Positions 40,780 to 52,330 are shown, counted from the stretch's first letter. The stretch is DNA of 64,000 nt from an uncultured Veillonellaceae bacterium (GCA_963805085.1 CAWDTA010000004.1:1-64000), one strand, 5' to 3'. Translations and numbers: made by a program. Notes: a model not told the origin generated them from the letters alone.

Positions 40780-41985
40780 TCAGGTGTGATATTCACCATT
40801 GATTTTCACGTATTCATAGGATAAATCACAAGTCCAAACCGTCGCTTTATCTTCACCTAAACCTAGGTTAATATTCACGGTAATATCATGTTCTTCCATG
40901 ATTGCTTTTAGCGCTTCTTCATCGTAAGCTGCGCCCATTCCTTTATCAAAGACAACAACATCATTTAATGACACAATTGTTTTTTCAGGAACCATTTGCG
41001 CGCCAGCATAACCAACTGCGCAGATAATTCTACCCCAATTTGCATCTTGACCAAAGAAAGCTGTTTTTACAAGTGGTGATTTGGCAACGCTCATTGCAAC
41101 TTTTTTTGCATCTTCAAAGCTCGTTGCCCCGGTTACATTCACTTCTAAAAATTTAGTTGCGCCTTCACCATCACGCGCAACCAATTGTGCAAGACCAACG
41201 CAAACTTTTTCTAGTGCTTTTACGAATTTTTCATATTCAGCATTTTCTTCAGTAATCATAGCATTTTCAGCCATGCCATTTGCAAGGACAAGCACCATAT
41301 CATTGGTACTGGTATCACCATCAACTGAAACCATATTGAAAGAAATGCCAACGCATTTTGAAAGTGCTTTTTGTAATAAATCATGGCTGATTGCTGCATC
41401 CGTCGTGATGAAGCAAAGCATCGTTGCCATATTCGGGTGAATCATTCCTGATCCTTTAGCAATACCACCAATACTTACTGTTTTTCCGCCAAGTTCAAAG
41501 CTAAATGAACCTGCTTTTTGATAAGTATCTGTCGTTACAATCGCTTTACTTGCAGCATCACTACCATTCTCATTAAGCGCCGCTACCGCCAATTTGATCC
41601 CAGCTTCAATTTTATTCATTGGTAAAGTTTGCCCAATGATTCCAGTAGAAGCAACAAATACATCGCCTGCATCGATGCCAAGTTCTTTCGCTGTCAAAGC
41701 TGCCATTGCCTTCGCATCTTTCATTCCTTGCTCACCAGTACAAGCATTGGCACAGCCAGCATTGACTACAATTGCATGAGCCGTTCCTTTTTTAACAACA
41801 TCTTTAGAAACGAAAACTGGTGCTGCAGCAACTAAATTTGTAGTAAATGTACCAGCAACCGTCGCTGCTTTTTCTGTAAAGATCACAGCCATATCATCTT
41901 TACCACTTTTTTTCACGCCAGCTTTAATACCGCTAGCTTTAAATCCTTTTGCAAGTGTAACACCTGCATTATTTTCTTTAAACAC
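40780..41985 (-). CDS. argJ: Ornithine acetyltransferase
   Basis: KGSGMIHPNMATML and DGDTSTND. Confidence 0.97.
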   Translation of the reverse strand: MFKENNAGVTLAKGFKASGIKAGVKKSGKDDMAVIFTEKAATVAGTFTTNLVAAAPVFVSKDVVKKGTAHAIVVNAGCANACTGEQGMKDAKAMAALTAKELGIDAGDVFVASTGIIGQTLPMNKIEAGIKLAVAALNENGSDAASKAIVTTDTYQKAGSFSFELGGKTVSIGGIAKGSGMIHPNMATMLCFITTDAAISHDLLQKALSKCVGISFNMVSVDGDTSTNDMVLVLANGMAENAMITEENAEYEKFVKALEKVCVGLAQLVARDGEGATKFLEVNVTGATSFEDAKKVAMSVAKSPLVKTAFFGQDANWGRIICAVGYAGAQMVPEKTIVSLNDVVVFDKGMGAAYDEEALKAIMEEHDITVNINLGLGEDKATVWTCDLSYEYVKINGEYHT

Positions 41986-42038
41986 GAGAATGCCCCCATT
42001 TATTTCAATTTATCTTCTATTTTATCGTTTTATAATCA

Positions 42039-43073
42039 TCAAGGATATACAGGTACATTGGTTAACCCTGTTGTTTCATCAAAACCACATACAATATTAA
42101 AGTTTTGGATGGCTTGCCCAGCTGCCCCTTTTACTAAGTTATCAATCGCGGAAAGTACCACAACCCGCCCAACGCGTTCATCAATATGCCAGCCAAGATC
42201 ACAGAAATTAGATCCCCGTGTATTTTTCGTTTGTGGATAGCCCCCTAGGCCAAGTAAACGAACAAAATATTCATCTTTGTAAAGCTCTTGATACGCAGCA
42301 TCGACAGTTTCTGCTGTTACACCTTTTTTCAAGTTTGCATAGCAAGTACTAAGAATCCCACGTGACATTGGAATCAAATGTGGCGTAAAACTAATTACTA
42401 CCTCTTCACCAGAGAACTCAGACAAGGCTTGTTCAATTTCTGGTGTATGGCGGTGTCCACCAACATTATAAGCTTTTAAGTTATCGTACATTTCTGCAAA
42501 ATGTGTATTTAAACTCGCACTACGACCAGCACCAGAAATGCCTGATTTTGCATCAACCACAACCGTATTCAACTCAATAAGACCTTTTTTAGCCAATGGT
42601 GCCAATGCTAAAATACTTGCTGTCGTATAACAGCCAGCATTGCCAACAATGGTCGCCGTTTTGATTTGATCACGATAAAGTTCTGCAAGTCCATACACTC
42701 TTTCTGCATCTTTATGAGTATGTTCTACCTTGTACCATTGTTCATAGACACTTGTATCAGTAAAGCGATAATCAGCACCTAAATCGATAATCTTTACATT
42801 TTTACCTGCTAAAGCTTTACCAACCGCCATCGCATGACCATGTGGCAGGCCGATAAAAACGACATCACTATCGCTCGCAATGGTATCGATTTCTTTCATA
42901 CTGATTAATTCTTGTTCATAAAGACCATTCAAATGTGTATATATCTCATTAATCGGCTTCCCTGTTTGGCTTTCCGATGTAATATGTACAACCTCTGCTT
43001 CTGGATGGTTTTTTAGTAATCGCAGCAATTCCACGCCTGCATATCCAGTTGCCCCAATAACACTAACCCTCAC
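42039..43073 (-). CDS. argC: N-acetyl-gamma-glutamyl-phosphate reductase
   Basis: GATGYAG and DNLVKGAAGQA. Confidence 0.97.
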   Translation of the reverse strand: MRVSVIGATGYAGVELLRLLKNHPEAEVVHITSESQTGKPINEIYTHLNGLYEQELISMKEIDTIASDSDVVFIGLPHGHAMAVGKALAGKNVKIIDLGADYRFTDTSVYEQWYKVEHTHKDAERVYGLAELYRDQIKTATIVGNAGCYTTASILALAPLAKKGLIELNTVVVDAKSGISGAGRSASLNTHFAEMYDNLKAYNVGGHRHTPEIEQALSEFSGEEVVISFTPHLIPMSRGILSTCYANLKKGVTAETVDAAYQELYKDEYFVRLLGLGGYPQTKNTRGSNFCDLGWHIDERVGRVVVLSAIDNLVKGAAGQAIQNFNIVCGFDETTGLTNVPVYP

Positions 43074-43107
43074 GGTAATACCCCCTCATCAAAACAGCTA
43101 CTCTTAA

Positions 43108-43147
43108 TATGCTTATAATTATACATCAATTATGCATAAACTTGCAA
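43108..43147 (-). promoter_or_regulatory. arg operon promoter with probable ARG box
   Basis: TTGCAA..TATAAT overlapped by ATGCATAATTGATGTATAATTATAAGCAT. Confidence 0.5.
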
Positions 43148-43429
43148 GAGTTTTTGTGTATGTTTATTATTTTTTTTATATTTACAAAAAAAAAAGACTA
43201 ATCCTATTAGAACTTCATTTAGTGTACGAAATAACTAAATGAAATATTCTACGGCATCGTCGCAATACCTTTTTATTATAGCATTTATTTCATGATTTGA
43301 CTATTGCTTTCTAAGGATATTATGTTGATTAAAAGAAACGGTAAAACGTCACTATGATAGCTACATTTTACCGTTTCTTTATAAACTTATACAAAGTTTA
43401 TCATTATTTTACTTTTCTTAGAATACTTC

Positions 43430-45346
43430 TTATAATTTTGCTTCTACCCCAAACATGAAGTAACGGCCTGGCATAGCGTAAGCGCCTTTCCCAGCGGATG
43501 AGCTTAAGATTTCATAACCTTCATCAGTGAGGTTATAACCTTTGACATACGCTTTTAAGTCGTCATTGAAGTGATAATTTAGATTTAAATCAAGTGTTAT
43601 ATACGAGCTATCAGTATACGCAGCTGTGCTACGTCCAGTCACTTCTTGTGCTGTTAAACCGCCATCCCATTTATCTTGTTTGTAAGATACCCCAAGTTGA
43701 TAGCCATTAGGACGACTGTTATAGATATAGTTTGCATAGGCTTGATCAGCGTCTGCTTTTTCGATTCTCGAATAGGAATACCCTGCATTGATACTCCATT
43801 GGTCGGAAAGTTTACGTGTTGCAGTGAGTTCAAGACCACGGCGTTTTTCGCTGTTGACATTATAGTAAACAGTTTTTGAAATAGAAGTATCCCAAATCCA
43901 ATCCAAAGCATTGTTGACTTTACTTTGATAGATACTGGCTTGTACATTGGTTTTTTCATCAAGCTGTGAATTTACCCCTAGCGTTACCGTATTGGATTTT
44001 TCTTGTTTTAAGTTTGGATTGCCAAGCCAATATGGCGAATTTGCATAACGTTGTTTTAATGTCGGATTATTTACCGCTTGTCCCCAAGATAAATATGCAT
44101 TTGTTTTATCAGAAATTGCTTTATTGAAAGATATATGTGATGTCACGTCACCACCAAAATCACTATGATTTTCGTAGCGCGACCCCAAATTCATCGACCA
44201 GCCATCTTCAAACTGCCAATGATCCTCCGCATAAAGAGACTTTGTATTGGCAGTGCGATTAAACCCCACCCCATCATTTTCTTCATCAATTTTTTCATTG
44301 AGGTATTCAAAGCCGCCCACTAATGAATTTTTCTCATTTAATTGCCAGCCTTTTTGCATTTGTAAGCCCCAGTTTGTCAAATCGTGTTCATATGGTGTAC
44401 CAGCAAATGGGGAATCAGCTTTTTGACTGTTACGATATACTCTGACATAATCACCCGTGCCTGCTGTATCAGCCGCATCCCAAGTATAGGTCAGCGCCAT
44501 ATTTAAATCTGTTGTATTTATTTTCATTCCCGATCCATACACTTTACCGGCTTCTGGATCAGTTAAATAGTTACCAAAGCCATTATCTTGATGCGAACGT
44601 TCTAATTCAAAAGATAACGTATCTTCCCCCATTGATTTGTCTAAGCGCAAACTTTCATATTCCTTATCGTAACTGCTATCAGGAAATTCATTTTTTTTAC
44701 CACTTGCCGTTCTATAATCATAATTATCGCGTTTTTGTTTATCATACGTGAAACTATAACGTAAATCTTTGTCGCCGCCTTCGGTTGTCATCGCTGTCCG
44801 CCATGCCCCCCATGAGCCCGCTTCTGTCGTTACCGTAGTTGATTGGCCTTCTCCGGGTTTCTTGGTGATGATATTGATAACACCGGCAACGGCATCACTG
44901 CCATAAAGCGCCGTATTCGGACCACGTACGATTTCAATACGTTCAACATTTTTTACCGGAAAACCGTCGATATTCGTCGCATTGTCAGCACCAGAAACAG
45001 TTAAATGTGACCAATTCATCTTGCGGCCATTGACCAATACCAAAACACGACTATCTCCATTAATGACCGGATAAGATGCAAACCCCGTCACCGCTACATT
45101 GATATTATTATCACGTAATGCATCGGATATAGTACTATAGTTTCCCTTTTCTAGAGTGTCTTGATTGATAACAGTCACATCAGCTGCAACTTCATTTGCT
45201 TTTACTTTCATGCGATTTGCCGTAACGACATATTCATCTAATGTAAACTCTTCAGTATCTGCTGCATATACAACAGAACTAACCATTCCTATAGATAATG
45301 CACCACAAATCAAGCCTGCTACTATTGTTTGTTTTCTTTTTTTCAT
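43430..45346 (-). CDS. TonB-dependent receptor
   Basis: Signal peptide, VVTANR, and IEIVRGPNTALYGSDAVAGVINIITKK plug motif. Confidence 0.93.
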   Translation of the reverse strand: MKKRKQTIVAGLICGALSIGMVSSVVYAADTEEFTLDEYVVTANRMKVKANEVAADVTVINQDTLEKGNYSTISDALRDNNINVAVTGFASYPVINGDSRVLVLVNGRKMNWSHLTVSGADNATNIDGFPVKNVERIEIVRGPNTALYGSDAVAGVINIITKKPGEGQSTTVTTEAGSWGAWRTAMTTEGGDKDLRYSFTYDKQKRDNYDYRTASGKKNEFPDSSYDKEYESLRLDKSMGEDTLSFELERSHQDNGFGNYLTDPEAGKVYGSGMKINTTDLNMALTYTWDAADTAGTGDYVRVYRNSQKADSPFAGTPYEHDLTNWGLQMQKGWQLNEKNSLVGGFEYLNEKIDEENDGVGFNRTANTKSLYAEDHWQFEDGWSMNLGSRYENHSDFGGDVTSHISFNKAISDKTNAYLSWGQAVNNPTLKQRYANSPYWLGNPNLKQEKSNTVTLGVNSQLDEKTNVQASIYQSKVNNALDWIWDTSISKTVYYNVNSEKRRGLELTATRKLSDQWSINAGYSYSRIEKADADQAYANYIYNSRPNGYQLGVSYKQDKWDGGLTAQEVTGRSTAAYTDSSYITLDLNLNYHFNDDLKAYVKGYNLTDEGYEILSSSAGKGAYAMPGRYFMFGVEAKL

Positions 45347-45367
45347 TTTTACCCCTTTTATGCTATT

Positions 45368-46381
45368 TTATAAAAATTTATCTGGATATAACCCCTGTGC
45401 AATTTTTTTCATTGCTTCTATCACACGTTCATTACAATTATTTACATCATTAAATGGAACATTAATAATCCTGCCTCCCGTCACGGCTTTCATCGATTGA
45501 AACTCAGGATTGCCTTGCAATTTTTCCTTAGCCTCTGCATCACTAAGATTTTTCCCCGGTTCCAAACTATATGAAACATAGATTACATAATCTGGATCAT
45601 AGCCTAAAACACGCTCTGGGCCAACAAACGAGGTTTGTTCTTGCACCAGATTTTCTCCACCAGCTTTTTGCACAATATCATCAATGATAAAACGATTGCC
45701 ATATAGTGAATATGTACTTTTTCCATGCTCTTGTAATATGATGACTTTTTTGCGTTTTTCCACTGTATCGGTCTTTTGACGTATTATAGTGACTTCGCTA
45801 CGGCACATATCAATATAAGCTTGCGCCCTTTTTTCAATTCCAAATATTTTTCCGATATCTGCAATGAATGGATATACCGAATTTTCAATAGTCGGCTGTG
45901 TATGCTGCAATGTACCTGGTACGATGTAAGTACCGATGTGACGGTCTTGCCAATTATGCACTTCCCCCATTTCACCCGCACTGAAATTATGTGCCCAGCC
46001 AATGATAAAATCTGGCTGCATCGCAAATATTTCTTCCTGCGAAGGAATGAACGCCGCCTGTAAAATTGATAGTTCATCATAACGTTTACCAAGTTCCTCT
46101 GGTGGCGCACCATAAGGCGCCACTGTCGCCATGATGTTTGCATCTAACCCCAGTGAAAGCAATAGTTCTGTCGCCCCAGGATAGGTACTCAAAACTTTCT
46201 GTGGCGGTCTTTGATAGGTATAACTAGCTTCTCTACCTTCACTGTCGTAATTATTTACGACAATGGGGTATCCAGGTACACTATTTTCTAAATTTACAAC
46301 AACTTCTTTTGTACAACCTGTATGCAGAAGTAAAGCAGCAATACAAAGCACCATGAGAATGCCATGCATCTTAGCCTGCAT
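45368..46381 (-). CDS. Iron-siderophore/cobalamin ABC substrate-binding lipoprotein
   Basis: Lipobox TGC, Peripla_BP_2-like pattern and operon context. Confidence 0.88.
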   Translation of the reverse strand: MQAKMHGILMVLCIAALLLHTGCTKEVVVNLENSVPGYPIVVNNYDSEGREASYTYQRPPQKVLSTYPGATELLLSLGLDANIMATVAPYGAPPEELGKRYDELSILQAAFIPSQEEIFAMQPDFIIGWAHNFSAGEMGEVHNWQDRHIGTYIVPGTLQHTQPTIENSVYPFIADIGKIFGIEKRAQAYIDMCRSEVTIIRQKTDTVEKRKKVIILQEHGKSTYSLYGNRFIIDDIVQKAGGENLVQEQTSFVGPERVLGYDPDYVIYVSYSLEPGKNLSDAEAKEKLQGNPEFQSMKAVTGGRIINVPFNDVNNCNERVIEAMKKIAQGLYPDKFL

Positions 46382-47171
46382 CTTTACACCTCATACCATG
46401 TAATGGCAAGAGTGGATGATACACAATGGAAAGAGCGCCAGTTTGCTCATCCAAATTCACGTCACAATCAATCTCATAGATATCACGAATTCTTTCTTTA
46501 GTAAGTACTTCTCGTGGTGTTCCGGAAGCGACAAGGCAACCATTTTTCAACACGTATAGCTTCGTGCAATACATTGCTGCCAAATTCAAATCATGCAGCG
46601 CTGCAAGCGCACCAATTCCCAAGGATTTTACAATTGATAAGAGCTGTAATTGATATTTGATATCAAGATGATTGGTTGGTTCATCTAGTACCAAAAATTG
46701 TGGCTGCTGCGATAACGCCCGTGCTAAAATTATTCTTTGCTTTTCTCCACCGGAAAGAGTCACAAATTGACGATTGACCGCCTCTTGCATACCAACTTGC
46801 GTTAAAGCTTGCAGCGCAATCTTATAATCTTCCTGCGTATCAGCATTAAAAATCTTTTTATGTGGCATACGCCCCATAAGTACCATTTCCATTACAGTAA
46901 AATCAAAATTTACTGTATTAAACTGCCCGACAACTCCCATCTGCCTTGCAGAAGTATGTAGCGAAATATTTTGCATATTTTCTCCACCAAACATAATTGT
47001 TCCGTTGCTTGGCTTTAGTATACGATATACGGTTTTTAGTAAAGTTGATTTACCGCCACCATTTGGACCGATAATTCCTACAAACTCCCCCTTTCCAACA
47101 GATAACGATATACTTTTTATAATTTTTTTCTTTTCAACAGTTACTTCTAGATTCTGTAACGTTAAATTCAT
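46371..47171 (-). CDS. ABC ATPase (FecE/FhuC-like)
   Basis: GPNGGGKST, LSGGEKQR and LDEPTNHLD. Confidence 0.92.
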   Translation of the reverse strand: MNLTLQNLEVTVEKKKIIKSISLSVGKGEFVGIIGPNGGGKSTLLKTVYRILKPSNGTIMFGGENMQNISLHTSARQMGVVGQFNTVNFDFTVMEMVLMGRMPHKKIFNADTQEDYKIALQALTQVGMQEAVNRQFVTLSGGEKQRIILARALSQQPQFLVLDEPTNHLDIKYQLQLLSIVKSLGIGALAALHDLNLAAMYCTKLYVLKNGCLVASGTPREVLTKERIRDIYEIDCDVNLDEQTGALSIVYHPLLPLHGMRCKDAG

Positions 47172-47181
47172 AGTTTCACCT

Positions 47182-48288
47182 CTAGTTCCTACCAAAATTA
47201 AATGAGCGCCTAAATAAAAGCCACATAAAAAATGGTGCACCAATCAATGCCGTAATAATACCGATTGGCAAATCTCCACTTCTTAGCAATATTCGTGATA
47301 GGACATCCGCCCAAATTAAAAAAATCGCTCCAACCAATAATACTCCCGGCATAAGCCGACGATGATCCGCACCTACGATTGAACGAACCGCATGTGGTAT
47401 AACTAGTCCAACGAAGCCGAAAATTCCGCAACTTGCGACAATCATGCCCGTCAGTAGTGCCATTATTATCATATATATCCGACGCTCTCTTACAATATTG
47501 ATGCCTAAAGTAATCGCTGCTTCTTCTCCCAATAAAAGGACATTGAGCCTTCGGAACCGCAAAAGAAAAAAAATGGCCGCTATGCTAACACCAATCGATG
47601 GAAGTAACAACGTATCCCATTTTGCGCCTGCCAGCGACCCCATTGTCCAAAATGCCACACTACGCATTCCCTCAGCATTATTGGCAATATAAATCAAGAA
47701 ATTGGCTGCCGCCCCAAACAGTGCACTGATTACAGCTCCAGCCAGTACCATTTTCATCGTTGACATCTGTCCGCCCATGCCTGCCAAAAACATGACCGCA
47801 ATCGTTGCCAAAATTGCTCCAGCAAAAGCCCATACAGTTATTCCAAAACCTAACAATACCTTGGAACCCCCCAGGATAATAGCAAAGATTGCCCCAAGTG
47901 ATGCCCCTGAAGCAATCCCGAGAATATATGGTTCAGCTAAAGGGTTTTGCACCGAAGCCTGCATTACAGTCCCACACATTGCAAGGCCAGCACCCACAAC
48001 TGCGGCCATCAAAATTCTTGGCATCCGTAGTTGCCAAATAATATCTGCATGTGCCATCGAGATTCCATCCAGCGGCAAACCAATTATCTTATGCAAAATA
48101 ATCTGATAAACGGCTGCTGCTTCAATCTTCACTGACCCCAAGCAAACTGCCAATAATATTGAAGCAACGAGACCTACCGTCAGACATCCTCCAATCATCC
48201 AAAATCGGCGTTCTTTTTTCAACACTTCTTTTGGTATCCCCATTGTACTTGATTGCATCATATATCGTTGCACCCTACTTTCTATCAA
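47182..48288 (-). CDS. FecCD-family ABC permease
   Basis: LRMPRIL, QNPLAEPYILG and FVGLVIPH. Confidence 0.92.
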   Translation of the reverse strand: MIESRVQRYMMQSSTMGIPKEVLKKERRFWMIGGCLTVGLVASILLAVCLGSVKIEAAAVYQIILHKIIGLPLDGISMAHADIIWQLRMPRILMAAVVGAGLAMCGTVMQASVQNPLAEPYILGIASGASLGAIFAIILGGSKVLLGFGITVWAFAGAILATIAVMFLAGMGGQMSTMKMVLAGAVISALFGAAANFLIYIANNAEGMRSVAFWTMGSLAGAKWDTLLLPSIGVSIAAIFFLLRFRRLNVLLLGEEAAITLGINIVRERRIYMIIMALLTGMIVASCGIFGFVGLVIPHAVRSIVGADHRRLMPGVLLVGAIFLIWADVLSRILLRSGDLPIGIITALIGAPFFMWLLFRRSFNFGRN

Positions 48289-48303
48289 TTATGTCTTACT
48301 ATA

Positions 48304-48335
48304 ATTGATAATGATAATTAATTTCATTATCAATT
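48304..48335. promoter_or_regulatory. Fur box
   Basis: ATTGATAATGATAATTAATTTCATTATCAATT directly upstream of the uptake operon. Confidence 0.75.
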
Positions 48336-48575
48336 AACGATTATAGTACAACATATACATAGTGTCAATAAATATTTTTTATTAATTACTAGCGCATTAT
48401 TGATAATGAATCACAAAATAAAAAAACTATGCAAATAGACTTATATTCTATCTTACATAGCTGTTAAGCAACAAAATAGCTCTTGATAAGCAATTTGCAG
48501 TTTTCATCAACTGAAAATAATATCCGCAATTCTAGGGACTAAAATAGTTCTATATTTTATAAATTATGCAAAATA

Positions 48576-49289
48576 TCATGATTTAATATCTTTAAAATAA
48601 TAAGCCACCCCCTTGGTAATTTGCATTGCCATCCGTTCCTGATATTCTGAGTCTGAAAGTAATCTAGCTTCATTTTTATTACTTAAGTAACCAGTCTCGA
48701 CAAGTACACCAGGTTTTTCTGTTGAATTCAATAGCAAGATTTGCAAATCTTGCTTTGCTTGCCTTTTATTATTCGGCGGGAATTTTTTTAGAAGGTCTTG
48801 CATGATCTCCGCAATAAACTTATTTGCCTGATTTTGGGGATTATAAAACACTTGTGAACCATACCACTGTGACTCTCTAACCGCATTACAATGAATACTA
48901 ACAAAAACTTCTGCATTCGACTGATCAATGAGCTCTACACGTTTTAATAAATCACTGCGTTTGCCGCCTTTACCTTTGATATAATAATCAGAATCATCTT
49001 CCCTGGTATATAACACCGTGGCGCCGTAAGCACTCAAGCATTGACCAAGCTTTTTACTAAACGCAAGATTAATATCTTTCTCCAATAAGTTATTGTACCG
49101 CGCCCCGCTATCAATACCCCCATGCCCCGGATCAATAATGATGGTATGCCCATTTAATACGGTGAGATCAACACTCTCTATATCGGCATTCACCAAATAG
49201 CGAAATGTTAACATATTGATCACCAATATCGCTAGACTAAAGAGTATCACTCGTTTTATCATGAGTTGTGAAAGAAAATAAGTATGCAT
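48576..49289 (-). CDS. N-acetylmuramoyl-L-alanine amidase (Amidase_3)
   Basis: IDPGHGG, SIHCNA and LVETGYLSN. Confidence 0.9.
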   Translation of the reverse strand: MHTYFLSQLMIKRVILFSLAILVINMLTFRYLVNADIESVDLTVLNGHTIIIDPGHGGIDSGARYNNLLEKDINLAFSKKLGQCLSAYGATVLYTREDDSDYYIKGKGGKRSDLLKRVELIDQSNAEVFVSIHCNAVRESQWYGSQVFYNPQNQANKFIAEIMQDLLKKFPPNNKRQAKQDLQILLLNSTEKPGVLVETGYLSNKNEARLLSDSEYQERMAMQITKGVAYYFKDIKS

Positions 49290-49514
49290 ACTCTCTCTCC
49301 TTATCTAAACAAAGATTCCCTCTATCTTATGCCCACAGTAAAATAACTATGTTGTTTTACTTTGCATTTTCCGGGGTAGACTATATAATAAAGAGAACTT
49401 CTTGTTTTAATAGAGACTGTTACTAGCATTTGAGCATCTTGTAACTGCCTCTTGAATTTTAAGGTTGTGTGCTTTTTGAAACACACTCCAATACTGTAAT
49501 AATCGGAGGATTCC

Positions 49515-50309
49515 ATGAGTATATCACGTTTTTTCTTTTTCACACTCGTCTTGTTTTTTGTCTGTTTTTGGTGGGCTGGCGGTAATACGGTTGCCGATAA
49601 TGCAACGGCTAGAATCAGCGAAACATTGAAAGATAAAGTTAATCTTACAGAGCAAATTCCTAATCAAACTGAAGGGAACTCAGCGTTTGATAGAATTTAT
49701 CGCATCATTGCTTTAAAATCTGCAGTAAATAATAAACTACATACAAAAAACTATACGAAGTTATCTAACATAAGCACCAATCTCCAACAATCAATCATTG
49801 CTGTTGAGGATTCACGTTTCTATGAACATAGCGGCTTTGATGTTTCAGGTATTTTAAGAGCAAGTTTAGTAAATTTACAATACGGTCATATCGAAGAAGG
49901 GGCTAGCACGATTACCCAGCAACTTGTTAAAAATTTATTTTTATCACAAGAACGCTCAATGACTCGTAAAGCGGAAGAAGTCATCTTAGCCATTGACATG
50001 GAAGCAAACTATTCCAAAGAACAAATATTAGAGCTTTATCTCAATACCATTTATTTTGGTTCTGGTTATTACGGCATCAGTGACGCTGCTGCGGGCTATT
50101 TTGGAAAACTCCCAAGTGAACTTTCTCTTGCCGAAGCTTCTATGCTCGCCGGACTGCCAAATGCACCTTCCCTTTATTCTCCCTACGTAGATTTTAAAGC
50201 TGCCAAAGCTAGACAAGCTATCGTCCTTAGTACTATGGTCAAAAATGGCTATATCAATCCATCGCTTGCTGAAGAAACAAAAACAACGCCAGTCTGGCTC
50301 GTTAAATAA
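49515..50309 (+). CDS. Monofunctional peptidoglycan transglycosylase (GT51)
   Basis: EDSRFYEHSG, GASTITQQLVKN and LELYLN. Confidence 0.92.
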   Translation: MSISRFFFFTLVLFFVCFWWAGGNTVADNATARISETLKDKVNLTEQIPNQTEGNSAFDRIYRIIALKSAVNNKLHTKNYTKLSNISTNLQQSIIAVEDSRFYEHSGFDVSGILRASLVNLQYGHIEEGASTITQQLVKNLFLSQERSMTRKAEEVILAIDMEANYSKEQILELYLNTIYFGSGYYGISDAAAGYFGKLPSELSLAEASMLAGLPNAPSLYSPYVDFKAAKARQAIVLSTMVKNGYINPSLAEETKTTPVWLVK

Positions 50310-50366
50310 AAAATCACTAGAAGATGAACCTTTCATTTTCTAGTGATTTTTTTATCGTTTTTAGTT

Positions 50367-51626
50367 TTATGTCCGTGAGCGAAATGAAACAGCCGTCGTT
50401 AAGTCATCAATAAACGTCATCCCATTATAACGTTTTAATATTAAATCACTCACAACCACTTGCATGACTGGTACTTTTTCATGGGAGCCATCAGCAAAAT
50501 GCTCGGTATAACTTCCCAAGGAATGGAGTACATAAGGCGTATGATTTACTTCACCTAAATAAATCATCACATGACCATTCATATGCAGTGTATCCCCCGG
50601 TTGTAACTCTGAGATGCACTGATACCGCTCTTTTCTTGTCAAACCATGCATCGTATAGTGAATGCCTGCCGCCCTCTCTTGTTGACCAGAATTACACGGT
50701 AAATCGATCCCGACACTGCGATAAACTGCATTGACTAGACTAGAGCAATCCACGCTATTATGTAAGCCACCCCACCCATAAGGTTCATCTAAAAAGCGAA
50801 AGCACTGCGCAATTAAATGATTTCGCGTATATAACAAATAGCCTTTATGAAGCGATTCTGACGCAGGGATAGCTACTACGACTTCTTCTAATTCGCCATT
50901 TGCCTTACGTGTTGGTACAACCACCTTAACCTGATCATTGGCGATGCACTTAATCAAGATTTTACTTCCCATCTGATAAAGTACTTCCTCACCTTGGATC
51001 ATGAAACGAAAATTTTTATCTATAACCACAAAAAACCATTCTGGTTTAATATATCGTAACCAAGTAATCCGTTCTTTTATTATCGCGATATCTTTTGCAG
51101 CCACCCAGCCATATGCATTGTAGGTTTGAACAAAATAAAAATCGTTGCCCAAGCTTTGATGCAATAGGATAACTGACTCAGCTGGATCAATAGCGGTTTC
51201 TTGCAGATTATCAAATTCCGTATCCTCCGCCGAAGAATATAAAGCATCGTTTGTTGGTAATACCCGTAGGTTAGCCCGTCTAACCGTAACCCCATACTTC
51301 AGCTTTTGTATACCATGCAAGACATTAAAATTGCACTTATCCAGTAAAGTTTTTTTAAATTCATCCGTAACCAGCAGTCCCTGATGATAGAAATGCTCTG
51401 CTAAAATAGTACCATTGCTATTTAATAATAGGGTAATCATCGCTGCTTCTTGCGTCATTGGATATTTTTTCAGATCCTGCATTGCTGCTGATTTTTTTAC
51501 GATCTGTTGGTTGAATTGTTTAATTTCTTGACTTTGCAAGATAACCTTATCCCCATCATCTAATTGCTCCTGCCAAAAGATGGCACTCCTTAACGCAGGA
51601 TCATTTGTTATCCCAATCGTCTTCAC
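50367..51626 (-). CDS. SH3/NlpC-P60 peptidoglycan endopeptidase
   Basis: PYGWGG..DCSS and GHVMIYLG. Confidence 0.88.
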   Translation of the reverse strand: MKTIGITNDPALRSAIFWQEQLDDGDKVILQSQEIKQFNQQIVKKSAAMQDLKKYPMTQEAAMITLLLNSNGTILAEHFYHQGLLVTDEFKKTLLDKCNFNVLHGIQKLKYGVTVRRANLRVLPTNDALYSSAEDTEFDNLQETAIDPAESVILLHQSLGNDFYFVQTYNAYGWVAAKDIAIIKERITWLRYIKPEWFFVVIDKNFRFMIQGEEVLYQMGSKILIKCIANDQVKVVVPTRKANGELEEVVVAIPASESLHKGYLLYTRNHLIAQCFRFLDEPYGWGGLHNSVDCSSLVNAVYRSVGIDLPCNSGQQERAAGIHYTMHGLTRKERYQCISELQPGDTLHMNGHVMIYLGEVNHTPYVLHSLGSYTEHFADGSHEKVPVMQVVVSDLILKRYNGMTFIDDLTTAVSFRSRT

Positions 51627-51714
51627 CTCGCCTATTTCGCTTAAGGATATTTACTACCTATATTGATTAGTCTATGAACGAACCCGTGAAATAGACGCTA
51701 GCGTACTATCTATT

Positions 51715-51987
51715 TTATTTTTTGCCTCCGCCCCAGGCAAATCCATGTTGAACGAGAGTCGCTTCTAATGAACTGACTTCTTCTTCATCATCAACATGTA
51801 CAAGATATTCTTTTAATTCCTCTAAACTGAACGCATAGCCATATTCCTTAGCTAGTTCTATTGTTGAGCAAAGAATTTTTTCAACATTAAATTCGCCCAT
51901 ATTTAATTGATCCAATCGATCCGCCAAAACATCATCTTTGTCAACTTGTTCATAAAAATTTTTCACTACATTATTCATTATCTTCAT
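51715..51987 (-). CDS. Nif11-like leader peptide family protein
   Basis: FYEQVDKDDVLADRL..IELAKEYGYAFSLEEL. Confidence 0.65.
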   Translation of the reverse strand: MKIMNNVVKNFYEQVDKDDVLADRLDQLNMGEFNVEKILCSTIELAKEYGYAFSLEELKEYLVHVDDEEEVSSLEATLVQHGFAWGGGKK

Positions 51988-52330
51988 CGCTCCAATTTAT
52001 TTATTTTCTATCCTTTATTGTTTAGTTATTATTTCACTACAAATGATTGGTATATTCTAATCACCCGATCTAAATTCCTTCTCTATAATGAAATTGATTA
52101 CATTTAACAATTATGAACTCTTATCGTTAACGATATTCTCCATTAATTTTATAAATTTAACTACTAGACTTTATCGTTCACTATTTTCAATGTATAATTT
52201 GCATATTTATAATCAAAATACTCATTTCTAGGGTAGACATATTAAATTATTGCTATATAATATATAGCATACCTTGTATAACAAATTTCATATACATAAG
52301 GTATTTATAATTTTAAAGGAAGCAGGTGTT

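Noticed and set aside
43430-48288. TonB receptor in a Firmicute as an anomaly
   Set aside because: Normal for diderm Negativicutes.
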